Positions 45,250 to 54,563 of a stretch of 64,000 nucleotides of DNA are shown here, one piece after another. Numbering within the stretch: position 1 is the first letter of the stretch; each line of letters opens with the position of its first letter. The notes below the pieces were generated by a model, which was not told where the DNA came from, ran no database searches, and worked only from the letters and a program-made list of their open reading frames with translations. The position numbers and the translations under genes are program-made. This DNA is from Thermoproteota archaeon (GTDB lineage Archaea > Korarchaeota > Korarchaeia > Korarchaeales > Korarchaeaceae): NCBI GenBank assembly GCA_027491435.1, contig JAOZFG010000004.1, positions 96,001 to 160,000 of the forward strand, given 5' to 3'.

Positions 45250-47869
45250 AAGAGAGTACAGCATGGAAGAGGTGCTACAGGTCCTACATCCGGCGGTGGC
45301 GAAGTGGTTTAGCTCCAAGTTCAAATCGTTAAGCCCTCCCCAGAGGTATGCAGTGGTTCCCATATCCAAGGGCAGGAACGTCCTGGTCACCAGCCCTACG
45401 GGCACTGGGAAGACTTTGACGGCCTTCCTCAGCATAATAAGCAGGCTTCTAGAGATGGCTGACAGGGGGGAGCTAGAGGATTCCGTGTACGCTGTCTACG
45501 TATCCCCTCTCAGGGCCTTGAACAACGACATATACAAAAACCTGGAAGTTCCCCTGTCGGAAATAAAGGAGATGTCTCCCGACCTCCCGAAGATAAGGCA
45601 TGCTGTGAGAACTGGGGATACTCCCACCAGCGAGAGGGCTAAGCAGCTTAGAAAGCCACCCCACATTCTCATAACAACCCCCGAGACCCTGGGCATAATT
45701 CTAACTGCCCCTAAGTTCAGGGAGAAACTTAGGACGGTTAGATGGGTAATAGTGGATGAGATACACAGTCTGGTGGAGAATAAGAGGGGAGTTCACCTCT
45801 CGCTCAGCCTAGAGAGGCTTCAGCACCTAGCGTATCAGAAGTTCACCAGGATCGGGCTCTCAGCCACTATAAACCCGCTTGAAGAAGTGGCCAAGTTCCT
45901 AGTGGGTTACGAGAACGGAAAGCCGAGGGACTGCCTCATAGTGGAAACCAGTTGGGCCAAAGCGATAGATTTAGCCGTTCTCTCGCCTGTGGAGGATCTG
46001 GTAAATACACCACCAGAGGTAACCTCAGAGAGGATGTACAAGCTGATTGCAGATCTGGTCAAGGAGAATAGGACCACACTCATATTCACTAACACGAGGA
46101 GCGGCACTGAAAAGGTTGTCTTCCACCTGAAGAAGTATCTGGACGGAGTTGAAAACGTCGATGAGAAGATAGCAGCACATCACAGCTCTCTATCCAGATA
46201 TGTGAGAAAGGAGGTTGAGGACAAGCTGAAGAGGGGTGATCTGAGGGCGATAGTGAGCTCCACAAGCTTGGAGTTGGGGATAGACATAGGGTACATAGAC
46301 ATGGTGGTGCAGATAGGAAGCCCCAAGTCCATAACCAGGGCCCTCCAAAGGATAGGCAGGGCTGGCCACAAGCTTCACGAGGTGAGTAGGGGTAGGTTCG
46401 TAGTGGTGGACAGGGACGACGCCTTAGAGGTGGCTGTTATGGTTAGGGAAGCCCTCAGAGGGAGGCTGGACAGGGTACACATGCCCAAAAAGGCTCTAGA
46501 CGTGCTGGCCCAGCACATAGTTGGTATGGCCGTGGAGCAGAAGTGGGACGCTAAGGAGGCCTTTGAGCTGGTTAGATCGGCCTATCCCTACAAGGACCTC
46601 ACCTGGGAAGAGTTCGAGTCGGTTTTGAGGTACCTGTCGGGTGAGTTCACTCAGCTCGAGAGCAGGAAGGTGTACGGGAAGATATGGTACGACCCCGAGG
46701 AGGGCACGTTCGGGAGGAGGGGGAAGTACGCTAGGGTCATCTACGCATCTAACATAGGTACCATACCCGACGAGGTCAGCGTTAAGGTGTACACGACCGA
46801 TGGGAAGTACGTCGGGAACTTGGAGGAGGAGTTCCTGGAGAGACTGGTTCCAGGTGACAGGTTCGTGTTGGGAGGTAAGGTTTACGAGTTCATCTCCGCC
46901 AGGGGGTTGAGGGTCAAAGTTAGGCCTGCTTTCGATCAGAAGCCAACAGTACCAGCTTGGTTCTCCGAGATGCTTCCTTTAAGCTACGACTTAGCAGTAA
47001 GAATAGCCGAGTTCAGGGGGTGGGTCTTCAGGAGGATAGACGAAGGGGTTCCCGCCGACGAAATAGTTGAAAGCATAAGGGAAATGAGCAACGCCAACGA
47101 GCAGGCTGCTAAGGCAATATACAATTACTTGGTGGATCAATACCTGTACCTTAAGCATTTGGGGCTATCGGTTGAGGACATGCCCTCAGATAAGGTGATA
47201 TTGGTTGAAACTTACGTGGATGAGGACGGAAGGAGGCATCAGGTGACGCACTCCCTCTTCGGAAGGAGGACTAACGACGCCCTTTCCAGGGCCTTAGCTT
47301 ATCTGGCAGGCCTTAAGGTCAGGAGGAACCTGGGAATCGCTGTAAAGGATACGGGTTTCGCCATAATATACCCGAGAGGGGTGAAGCCAAAGATCAACAT
47401 AGGGGCCCTCGTGGGAGAGGACCTAGAGGAGTTGCTGAAGAAGGCCTTAGACAAGACGGAGATATTGAGGAGGAGATTTAGACATGTAGCAGCTAGAGGA
47501 CTAATGATCTTAAGAAATTATAAGGGATACGAGATAAGCGTGAATAAACAACAGCTGAGCGCCCAAAAGCTGCTCAAGGTGGTTCAGGAGATAGTGAACT
47601 TCCCCCTACTTAAGGAGGCCTACCGCGAAATAATGGAGGATTACATGGACATAGAGCACGCCAAGGAGGTGGTAGGAAAAATAGCTAGCGGCGAGATAAG
47701 GGTCGTGGACGTAGGAGAGATCCCAGTCCCGACTCCCTTCGCTCATAACATAGTGTTAGAGGGGCTGAGCGACCTTATATTCATGGAGGACAAGATGGCC
47801 GCCCTCAGGAGGTTCCAACTGGCCATAAAGAATATGATTGAGGAGGAGGTTCAAGTAAGAGGAAGGTGA
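45233..47869 (+). CDS. lhr: Lhr-family SF2 helicase
   Basis: SPTGTGKT, SPLRALNND, RTGDT, TTPETL, DEIH, GLSAT, HHSSL, STSLELGIDIG, QRIGRAGH, DVLAQH, GTIP. Confidence 0.95.
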   Translation: MIRRARREYSMEEVLQVLHPAVAKWFSSKFKSLSPPQRYAVVPISKGRNVLVTSPTGTGKTLTAFLSIISRLLEMADRGELEDSVYAVYVSPLRALNNDIYKNLEVPLSEIKEMSPDLPKIRHAVRTGDTPTSERAKQLRKPPHILITTPETLGIILTAPKFREKLRTVRWVIVDEIHSLVENKRGVHLSLSLERLQHLAYQKFTRIGLSATINPLEEVAKFLVGYENGKPRDCLIVETSWAKAIDLAVLSPVEDLVNTPPEVTSERMYKLIADLVKENRTTLIFTNTRSGTEKVVFHLKKYLDGVENVDEKIAAHHSSLSRYVRKEVEDKLKRGDLRAIVSSTSLELGIDIGYIDMVVQIGSPKSITRALQRIGRAGHKLHEVSRGRFVVVDRDDALEVAVMVREALRGRLDRVHMPKKALDVLAQHIVGMAVEQKWDAKEAFELVRSAYPYKDLTWEEFESVLRYLSGEFTQLESRKVYGKIWYDPEEGTFGRRGKYARVIYASNIGTIPDEVSVKVYTTDGKYVGNLEEEFLERLVPGDRFVLGGKVYEFISARGLRVKVRPAFDQKPTVPAWFSEMLPLSYDLAVRIAEFRGWVFRRIDEGVPADEIVESIREMSNANEQAAKAIYNYLVDQYLYLKHLGLSVEDMPSDKVILVETYVDEDGRRHQVTHSLFGRRTNDALSRALAYLAGLKVRRNLGIAVKDTGFAIIYPRGVKPKINIGALVGEDLEELLKKALDKTEILRRRFRHVAARGLMILRNYKGYEISVNKQQLSAQKLLKVVQEIVNFPLLKEAYREIMEDYMDIEHAKEVVGKIASGEIRVVDVGEIPVPTPFAHNIVLEGLSDLIFMEDKMAALRRFQLAIKNMIEEEVQVRGR

Positions 47870-47870
47870 C

Positions 47871-49073
47871 TTGCCCAAGAGGATAAGCCCCGACCTGTGC
47901 GTTAAGTGTAAAGGAGTAAAGATGCTCTGCGGGCTTAGCAAGTGCCCAATACTGGAGAGGATAGCCGGTCATAAGAGGATTAAGAGAACGGACTACGTCC
48001 ACGGGGACACGCCACCTTCAGTCTTGACAGGTGAGCACGGCTATCCCTTAGTGTGGATGGGACCCATGATCGAGCCAGGCGAGCTTCAGTTCCCAGAGGA
48101 TCCTAAAAGGTGGATAAGAACGCCCCTAACGAAAGTGGTCGAGGGAATGTCTTCGAGGGTTAACGCTGGCTTCAAACTGAACGTAAGGCGGGTAGACGAT
48201 CCTAGGTTGGAGGAGGTGAGGTGGGCAGCCTTAAGCTTGAGGCCCGTAGGGGTAGAAGCCAGGTTCCTAAAGCCGATATCTCCCAAGGTGAGCTTTGACG
48301 GCATACTTGCTCCAATAGGCCCTAGGGCCCTAGCCGAGAAATTGTCCGTGGAAGGGGAGCCTAGGGTTCCTGCTAAGCTGGAGTACCTGGTGTATGATAA
48401 AGACGTCAAGACAGAACAGGCCGTGGTGGAGCTTTATTCGTCAGGCATAGACGTATACATGATACACAGGGCCCTTTCCTTAGGTTCCCTTGGCGTCAGG
48501 GTTAACAGGAGATTGGTTCCTACTAGGTGGGCCATAACGGCAACGGACTCTATGGTGGGAAACTGGCTTAAGGGGAGGCTCAAGGAAATGCCTGAGTACG
48601 GCGGGGACTACTTGCTCTTCTCATCATATTATGAGGGAAATAAGTACTTAGTAGCGATGTTTCCCGGATCTCTGGACCTGGAGATTTTTGAGATATGGCT
48701 TCCCATGGGGTTGTGGACTGGGGATAAACCCGTAGTTATGAGAAATGAAGAGGGCAGCAGGGGGCTATCTTACATGGACGGGGGCCATTACGCCATGAGG
48801 GTAGCTTGCTTTGAGAAGCTCTACCACATGAGGAGACAGGCCAGGGTACTAGCTATAAGAGAGGTAGGTCCAGAATACTTCTCTCCAGTTGGGGTCTGGC
48901 AGGTTAGAGAAGGGGTCAGACTGGCCTTGAGGGGCGAGCCTAGGAAATTCGATAGGGTTGAAGATCTCGTAAGAGCGATAGAGGCCCATCTAAAGTATGA
49001 CTTTAAGGTCACACAATCCAGAATATTAAAAGAAGTAATCGGTTTAATTGCAAAAATAACTGATTTTATGTGA
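47871..49073 (+). CDS. Nre-family archaeal DNA repair protein
   Basis: CVKCKG...CG...CP, PPSV..G..GYP, RRLVPTRWAITATD, GGHYA, PVGVWQVRE; C-terminal PIP-like KITDFM. Confidence 0.9.
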   Translation: MPKRISPDLCVKCKGVKMLCGLSKCPILERIAGHKRIKRTDYVHGDTPPSVLTGEHGYPLVWMGPMIEPGELQFPEDPKRWIRTPLTKVVEGMSSRVNAGFKLNVRRVDDPRLEEVRWAALSLRPVGVEARFLKPISPKVSFDGILAPIGPRALAEKLSVEGEPRVPAKLEYLVYDKDVKTEQAVVELYSSGIDVYMIHRALSLGSLGVRVNRRLVPTRWAITATDSMVGNWLKGRLKEMPEYGGDYLLFSSYYEGNKYLVAMFPGSLDLEIFEIWLPMGLWTGDKPVVMRNEEGSRGLSYMDGGHYAMRVACFEKLYHMRRQARVLAIREVGPEYFSPVGVWQVREGVRLALRGEPRKFDRVEDLVRAIEAHLKYDFKVTQSRILKEVIGLIAKITDFM

Positions 49074-49079
49074 GTTAAT

Positions 49080-49740
49080 TAAGAATAATTCCATAATACA
49101 GACAATCATTATTTTTACGGGAGATATTAGTTGCAGCACTTGACAGGACCCCTTCCGCGTATCCAGCTGAACACAGCCTGTTACACGAGCTCCAAAACTC
49201 CACAAGTATGCTAGGTCAAAATCAGCAATAATTTCTAGATAATCCAGATTAATTTAAATAATATTTCTGTTAAAACGGTAAATAATTTAAATATATAACG
49301 TATAAATTCGTCATATTACAATTCTTATTATAATAAAACCGGGTTAAACGTTGATTATTTTGGTAAATAAATCAGAATAATGAAAATTAATTAGAGTAAG
49401 TAGGCGCTAAACAAAAATATATAGGTTATAAGAAAACGGAGGAAATGTAAAATTACTTAATTTGAACGTATCTTCTAACCAAACTCGTCGAGATCTCTGT
49501 ACTACAATTGAATCTTAGCAATCCGACCTCTCCTGGCCAAGATAATGTAGGTAAGGGTGGTAAGCAACTTGTTCGTTCAATACATATTTATTCTTCGTAT
49601 AATAACATCTCTTACGTGTCATCTCGTCGAATAAAGGAACATAGACTAATCCTGTTGCTGGGAAGTGTTTATAAATAACCCCCTGATTAATTCTCTAGTG
49701 TCCAGGTATGACCTTTATTTTTCCAAATCACTGGGAGGTC
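49080..49740. promoter_or_regulatory. AT-rich intergenic region upstream of the Liv-type ABC operon
   Basis: No long ORF; 11 G+C in 60 nt at 49261-49320; TTTATAAA at about 49668. Confidence 0.45.
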
Positions 49741-49745
49741 TAAGT

Positions 49746-51101
49746 ATGAGAAGAGGCGTTTCGAAAGGCGTTACTATCGGTGTCATAGTCGTAGTCATTT
49801 TAGTTGTTGCCGCCGCCCTGCTAATGATGCAGGGCCCCACCCCTACAGAGACTAAGACAGCCCCTCCAGCAACCACGCCTAAACCAGTCACTACCCCGAA
49901 AACCAAAACCACCACGAAAGTAGAGAAGCCCATAGACAAGATCGTGATAGGATTCACCACCTCCCTGAAGGGTAAGTACACCCATCAGGGACAGAGGGCT
50001 CTATACGGAATCCAGGCCATGGTCAAGTGGATAAACGAGAAGAAGGGTGGACTCAACGTAGGAGGAAAGAAGTACTTCATAGAGATCAAGTATTATGATG
50101 ACGAATCCAGTTCCCAGAGGGTTCCCGAACTTTATAGCAAGCTAATCAAGGAGGATAAGGTTAATTTCTTGATAGCCCCCTACTCATCTGGATTGACTAA
50201 GGCAGCGGCCCCCATAGCTGAACAGAACAAGATAGTTATGGTAAGCCATGGGGGAGCTAGCGATTCCATCTTCCAGCAAGGGTATAAGTATGTGGTGCAG
50301 ACCTTGAGCCCAGCCTCCACCTATCTAAAGAGTGTGGTGGACCTCATAGCCGAGAAGGACCCGAATGCTAAAATAGCCCTAATTTATGAGAACACTGCCT
50401 TCGCTGCTACCGTAGCTAAGGGAGCTAAGGAGGAGGCTCAGAAGAAGGGCCTCCAGATAGTATATGAGAAACCCTATGAGAAGGCAGCTACCGAGTTCGG
50501 GTCTATAATAAATGAGGCAATGGCTGCTGGAGCTGACGTGCTCATAGGAGGCGGACACTTCGTGGATGGAGTAGCTTTGGTACAGCAGGCATGGGAGCTT
50601 GGGTGGAAGCTTAAGGCCATAGGCATACTGGTAGCCCCTGCACTACCTGAGTTCAAGGAACAACTTGGTGATGCCACTAATGGAGTTATGTATCCATCCC
50701 AGTGGGAGCCCACCGTGAAGTACACCCCTGAAGTGGCTAAGAAGCTAGGGATAGAGTGGTGCGGTCCCACTAACGAGGAGTTCATCAGGATATACAAGGA
50801 GGTCAGCGGCGGGCAGGAGCCCAATTACCACGCGGCCGAGGCAGCCGCTGCCGTGTTACACTTGGCTAAGGCTATAGAGGTGGCCGGCAGCATAGATTCT
50901 AAAGCAGTAAGGGAGGCTTTCAACAAGGTGGACATCCTGACCTTCTTCGGAAGGCTCAAGATAGATCCTAAGACGGGCCTCCAGATAGGGCACTCCATGG
51001 TTGTGGTTCAGTGGCAAGCCGGTGAGAAGAAGATAGTATATCCAGCCAGCGCCGCAGAGGCCGAGCCCATATACCCGGCCAAGAACTGGTACGAGAGGTA
51101 A
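49746..51101 (+). CDS. Branched-chain amino acid-type ABC substrate-binding protein
   Basis: GGAGGT RBS; N-terminal hydrophobic helix and P/T linker; YDDES, APYSS, TFFG...QWQ.G. Confidence 0.9.
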   Translation: MRRGVSKGVTIGVIVVVILVVAAALLMMQGPTPTETKTAPPATTPKPVTTPKTKTTTKVEKPIDKIVIGFTTSLKGKYTHQGQRALYGIQAMVKWINEKKGGLNVGGKKYFIEIKYYDDESSSQRVPELYSKLIKEDKVNFLIAPYSSGLTKAAAPIAEQNKIVMVSHGGASDSIFQQGYKYVVQTLSPASTYLKSVVDLIAEKDPNAKIALIYENTAFAATVAKGAKEEAQKKGLQIVYEKPYEKAATEFGSIINEAMAAGADVLIGGGHFVDGVALVQQAWELGWKLKAIGILVAPALPEFKEQLGDATNGVMYPSQWEPTVKYTPEVAKKLGIEWCGPTNEEFIRIYKEVSGGQEPNYHAAEAAAAVLHLAKAIEVAGSIDSKAVREAFNKVDILTFFGRLKIDPKTGLQIGHSMVVVQWQAGEKKIVYPASAAEAEPIYPAKNWYER

Positions 51102-51142
51102 CTCACCTACACCCACTTTTTTATTAATTCGGGGGTGATCTC

Positions 51143-52057
51143 TTGGATATCTCCTTACTAATTATTAGTTCAATCTATGGGCTCTTCTGGGGTGCAATTC
51201 TGGGATTCGCAGCTGTCGGCCTTACTTTACTCTGGGGCGTTATGAAAGTGGTTAACTTGGCTCAAGGAGAGATGATAATACTTGGATCCTATGTAGCAGT
51301 CATAATATTCGCCATGGTATATAACCCGTTCGCAGGAGCCATTGTAGCTTTACTGCTAGGGTTGTTCGCCGGCTTTCTGGTGTACTGGGCCTTACTTCAC
51401 AAGCTGGTGGGTAAGGTGGAGAAAATCACTCTGAAAATTGAGATGTCCACTCTGTTAGCGATGTTCTCTCTGAGCATAGCCCTGATGAACTTCTACTACT
51501 TCATATTCGGCGATGAGCCTAGGGGGTTTGGCCTCTGGAATATCGGGATTTCAAACATAAAGTTAGGGGCCATGACCGTCAGGACCAACGTGTTGCTCGC
51601 TGATGTGCTGTCGATAGTGTCCATAGTTGTCGTCTACCTATTCTTGGAGAGGACTATACTAGGCAAGTCGATAAGGGCTGTGATGCAAGATGCTCAAGCC
51701 GCTTCCCTGGTGGGAATCGACCCCGTTAAGATAAAGATGTTGACGGCCGTTCTGGGGATAGGTTTAACTACCTTCTCAGGTTTTATGGTGCTCCTCTACG
51801 AATCTGCTGTAACTCCTGATATAGCTCACAAGTACGCCCCGCTAAGCTTCGTCATAGTAGTGCTAGGGGGTTTAGGAAGCGTTATAGGGGCTCTCATAGG
51901 GGGGCTTATAATAGGGCTAGTTTATGGATTGTCCAAGGGGATCGTCACCTTTTACAACGCTAAGATGAGCGATCCCGTAGCTCTAGCTGTGGTGTTCGTT
52001 ATACTGATAGTCATACTGCTTGTAAAGCCCGAGGGGCTGTTTGGGAGGAAGAGATAA
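51143..52057 (+). CDS. livH: Liv-type ABC permease
   Basis: GLTLLWGVMKVVNLAQG, GKSIRA..QD...A..VGI, VVLGGLGS, KPEGLFG. Confidence 0.9.
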   Translation: MDISLLIISSIYGLFWGAILGFAAVGLTLLWGVMKVVNLAQGEMIILGSYVAVIIFAMVYNPFAGAIVALLLGLFAGFLVYWALLHKLVGKVEKITLKIEMSTLLAMFSLSIALMNFYYFIFGDEPRGFGLWNIGISNIKLGAMTVRTNVLLADVLSIVSIVVVYLFLERTILGKSIRAVMQDAQAASLVGIDPVKIKMLTAVLGIGLTTFSGFMVLLYESAVTPDIAHKYAPLSFVIVVLGGLGSVIGALIGGLIIGLVYGLSKGIVTFYNAKMSDPVALAVVFVILIVILLVKPEGLFGRKR

Positions 52058-53049
52058 TGCTTAAGGAGTTTAGGAGCGTCACCCTGGGTATTATAATAGC
52101 CATCATCGTGGCCATACTTGTGGCCAGGGTACTTCACCTCACGACGCTAGACACCTTGATGACCATAATGTACTTCATGGGAATTGCCCTGTCGCTCAAC
52201 ATAATAATGGGCTTTGCAGGATACGTGAGCTTCGGCCACGCCGTGTTCTTGGGCTTAGGGGGGTATGTGTACATATTGCTGGTCTACTTTCTCGAGCCAC
52301 TTAATCAGCTACAGAGGGCCGGGTTTGGCATAGGAGCCTTACTGGTATCGGTGATTGCAGGTCTAGCAGCTGCTGCCTTAGCAGCAACTGTAGGAGCGGC
52401 CGTTTTAAGGCTTAGAGGGGCCTTCTTCGCCATAGCCACCATAGGGCTGGACTTCACGATCCTATACCTGATGAAGGCCATAGTTCCCGAGCTTAACCCG
52501 GATCAGTTCTTCGGCGGTCAGGTGATCCTTCCCGCTGACAGGATAGTGGACAAGGAGACCATATTCAACGCTTTCTTCATAGCTACAGTAGTCTTGATAG
52601 CAGTCAATTACTACATCAGAAAATCCCCGTTTGGTATGGGCCTCACTGCCATAAAGGAGGATGAGGACGCGGCAGAAGTCCTGGGAGTCCCGACCACATT
52701 GTTTAAGATACTGGCCTTCTCGCTGGCAGCATTCTTCACAGGCATGATAGGCGCTCTCTTCTCCCTGAATGGAGGAGGGGTGGACGAGACCCTATTCGGC
52801 CTGAACCACTCGATAGACATGATAGTCATGATAGTAATAGGTGGCCTAGGGACTGTTCTAGGCCCTATAATAGGCTCCTTAATATACTACGAGCTGTACG
52901 ACCTCCTCTTGGTACACTACCCAGGAGTTAACCTGATCATATTAGGGGTGATAGTGGCTATAATGGTGCTGTTCTTCCCAGAGGGGCTCATAGGGATCTT
53001 GAGGAGGTACAAGATTGGAAACGTTAGGTTGAGGGACATATTGGAGTAA
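52057..53049 (+). CDS. livM: Liv-type ABC permease
   Basis: GYVSFGHA, LRLRG.FFAIAT, AIKEDEDAA..LG, IGGLGT..GP, PEG. Confidence 0.9.
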   Translation: MLKEFRSVTLGIIIAIIVAILVARVLHLTTLDTLMTIMYFMGIALSLNIIMGFAGYVSFGHAVFLGLGGYVYILLVYFLEPLNQLQRAGFGIGALLVSVIAGLAAAALAATVGAAVLRLRGAFFAIATIGLDFTILYLMKAIVPELNPDQFFGGQVILPADRIVDKETIFNAFFIATVVLIAVNYYIRKSPFGMGLTAIKEDEDAAEVLGVPTTLFKILAFSLAAFFTGMIGALFSLNGGGVDETLFGLNHSIDMIVMIVIGGLGTVLGPIIGSLIYYELYDLLLVHYPGVNLIILGVIVAIMVLFFPEGLIGILRRYKIGNVRLRDILE

Positions 53050-53062
53050 TGGGGGTGAGCCC

Positions 53063-53842
53063 ATGTCAAGTTCAGACGTAATACTCATCGTTGACAACGT
53101 CACTAAGAGGTTCGGCGGTTTGGTTGCCAACAGCAGGGTGTCTTTTCAGCTCAAGAGGGGGGAGATATTGGGGCTGATAGGCCCCAACGGGGCAGGCAAG
53201 ACAACGCTCTTCAACGTGATAACTGGAGTCTACAAGCCCGATGAGGGCAAGGTCATCTTTAAAGGTGAGGACATAACAGGTAAGCCCCCTCACGAGATAA
53301 CTAGGAAGGGGATAGCTAAGACTCACCAGATAGTGAAGCCGTTCAACGACATGACCGTCCTAGAGAACGCCATGGTGGGGGCGCTCTTCGGTAAGAGGGC
53401 GAGGCAAGTCGCCATGGAAGAGGCTAGAGAAATAGCCATGGATTCCCTGAAGCTGGTAGGCCTCGACGCCTTCTCGGACGAGTTTGCGGCTAAGCTCAAT
53501 TTACATCAGAAGAAGATGCTCGAGCTAGCTAGGGCCCTCTCCGCCGAACCAGATCTTCTGTTACTAGATGAGGTGCTCGCTGGCCTTAATCCGAAGGAAA
53601 TAGAGGAGAGCCTTGAGATAATAAGGAAGGTGAAGGATGAGAGGAACCTCTCCGTCATAATGATAGAACACGTGATGCACGCCGTCATGAACATATCCGA
53701 CAGGATAGTGGTGCTGCATTATGGTAGGAAGATAGCCGAGGGAATCCCTGAGGAGATAGCCAATAATCCCGAGGTCATAACGGCCTACTTAGGCGAGCCC
53801 GAGTTAGCCCTTAAGTTCGTTAAGAGGAGGGTGACCAAATGA
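53063..53842 (+). CDS. livG: Liv-type ABC ATP-binding protein
   Basis: FGGL.A, GPNGAGKTT, LLLDE..AGL, IEH, AYLG. Confidence 0.92.
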   Translation: MSSSDVILIVDNVTKRFGGLVANSRVSFQLKRGEILGLIGPNGAGKTTLFNVITGVYKPDEGKVIFKGEDITGKPPHEITRKGIAKTHQIVKPFNDMTVLENAMVGALFGKRARQVAMEEAREIAMDSLKLVGLDAFSDEFAAKLNLHQKKMLELARALSAEPDLLLLDEVLAGLNPKEIEESLEIIRKVKDERNLSVIMIEHVMHAVMNISDRIVVLHYGRKIAEGIPEEIANNPEVITAYLGEPELALKFVKRRVTK

Positions 53843-54552
53843 AGGTGTTGGAGCTGAACTCGGTTGAAACGGGGTATGGCGAGACCCAGGTCCTGTGGGG
53901 TATAGACCTATCCGTTGAAGAGGGCAAAATAACAGTACTGCTCGGCAGCAACGGAGCTGGGAAGACGACTACTCTGAGGGTCATAACCGGGCTTCTGTTC
54001 CCATGGAAAGGGTCGGTCCTGTTCAAAGGGGAGGACATATCCAGGGTCCCAACCCACAAGAGGGTTGCCATGGGCGTCGTCATGGTCCCTGAAGGCAGAA
54101 GGCTGTGGCCAGAGCTGACGGTCTACGAGAACCTGGAGCTCGGCGCGTACACTAAGAGAGCCAGAGAGAAGTTCGACGAGAGTTTAGAGCTAGTTTACTC
54201 GTTGTTCCCAAGGCTCAAGGAGAGGAAGAACCAGCTAGCCGGTACCCTGAGTGGAGGGGAGCAGCAGATGCTCGCCATTGGAAGGGCCTTGATGTCGGTT
54301 CCATCCGTTTTACTGCTGGACGAGCCTAGCTTAGGCCTTGCTCCAAAGCTAGTGGCGGAGATAATGAACGTCATAAGGAAGCTTAAAGAGGAGGAGAAGT
54401 TAACCGTGTTGCTGGTGGAGCAGAACGTCCACATGTCCTTACAGATAGCTGACTATGGTTACGTGATTGAACAAGGTAGGATAACCCTGGAGGGAAGCCG
54501 GGATGAGTTGGAGGCAAGTGATAAAATAAAGAAGGCCTACCTGGGTATGTAG
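53839..54552 (+). CDS. livF: Liv-type ABC ATP-binding protein
   Basis: GSNGAGKTT, VPEGRR, LSGGEQQML, DEPSLGLAP, VEQN. Confidence 0.93.
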   Translation: MKVLELNSVETGYGETQVLWGIDLSVEEGKITVLLGSNGAGKTTTLRVITGLLFPWKGSVLFKGEDISRVPTHKRVAMGVVMVPEGRRLWPELTVYENLELGAYTKRAREKFDESLELVYSLFPRLKERKNQLAGTLSGGEQQMLAIGRALMSVPSVLLLDEPSLGLAPKLVAEIMNVIRKLKEEEKLTVLLVEQNVHMSLQIADYGYVIEQGRITLEGSRDELEASDKIKKAYLGM

Positions 54553-54563
54553 AGGCGATCCCA

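Noticed and set aside
34190-49637. 13-mer CGTCGAATAAAGG in two intergenic regions (about 34190 and 49625)
   Set aside because: Tens of 13-mer matches are expected by chance in 64 kb; no positional consistency.
29160-49660. CRISPR array or replication origin in the AT-rich tracts
   Set aside because: No regularly spaced repeats and no convincing ORB (TCCAnTGGAAA plus G-string); no canonical cdc6 adjacent. Kept only as an unexplained-tract finding.
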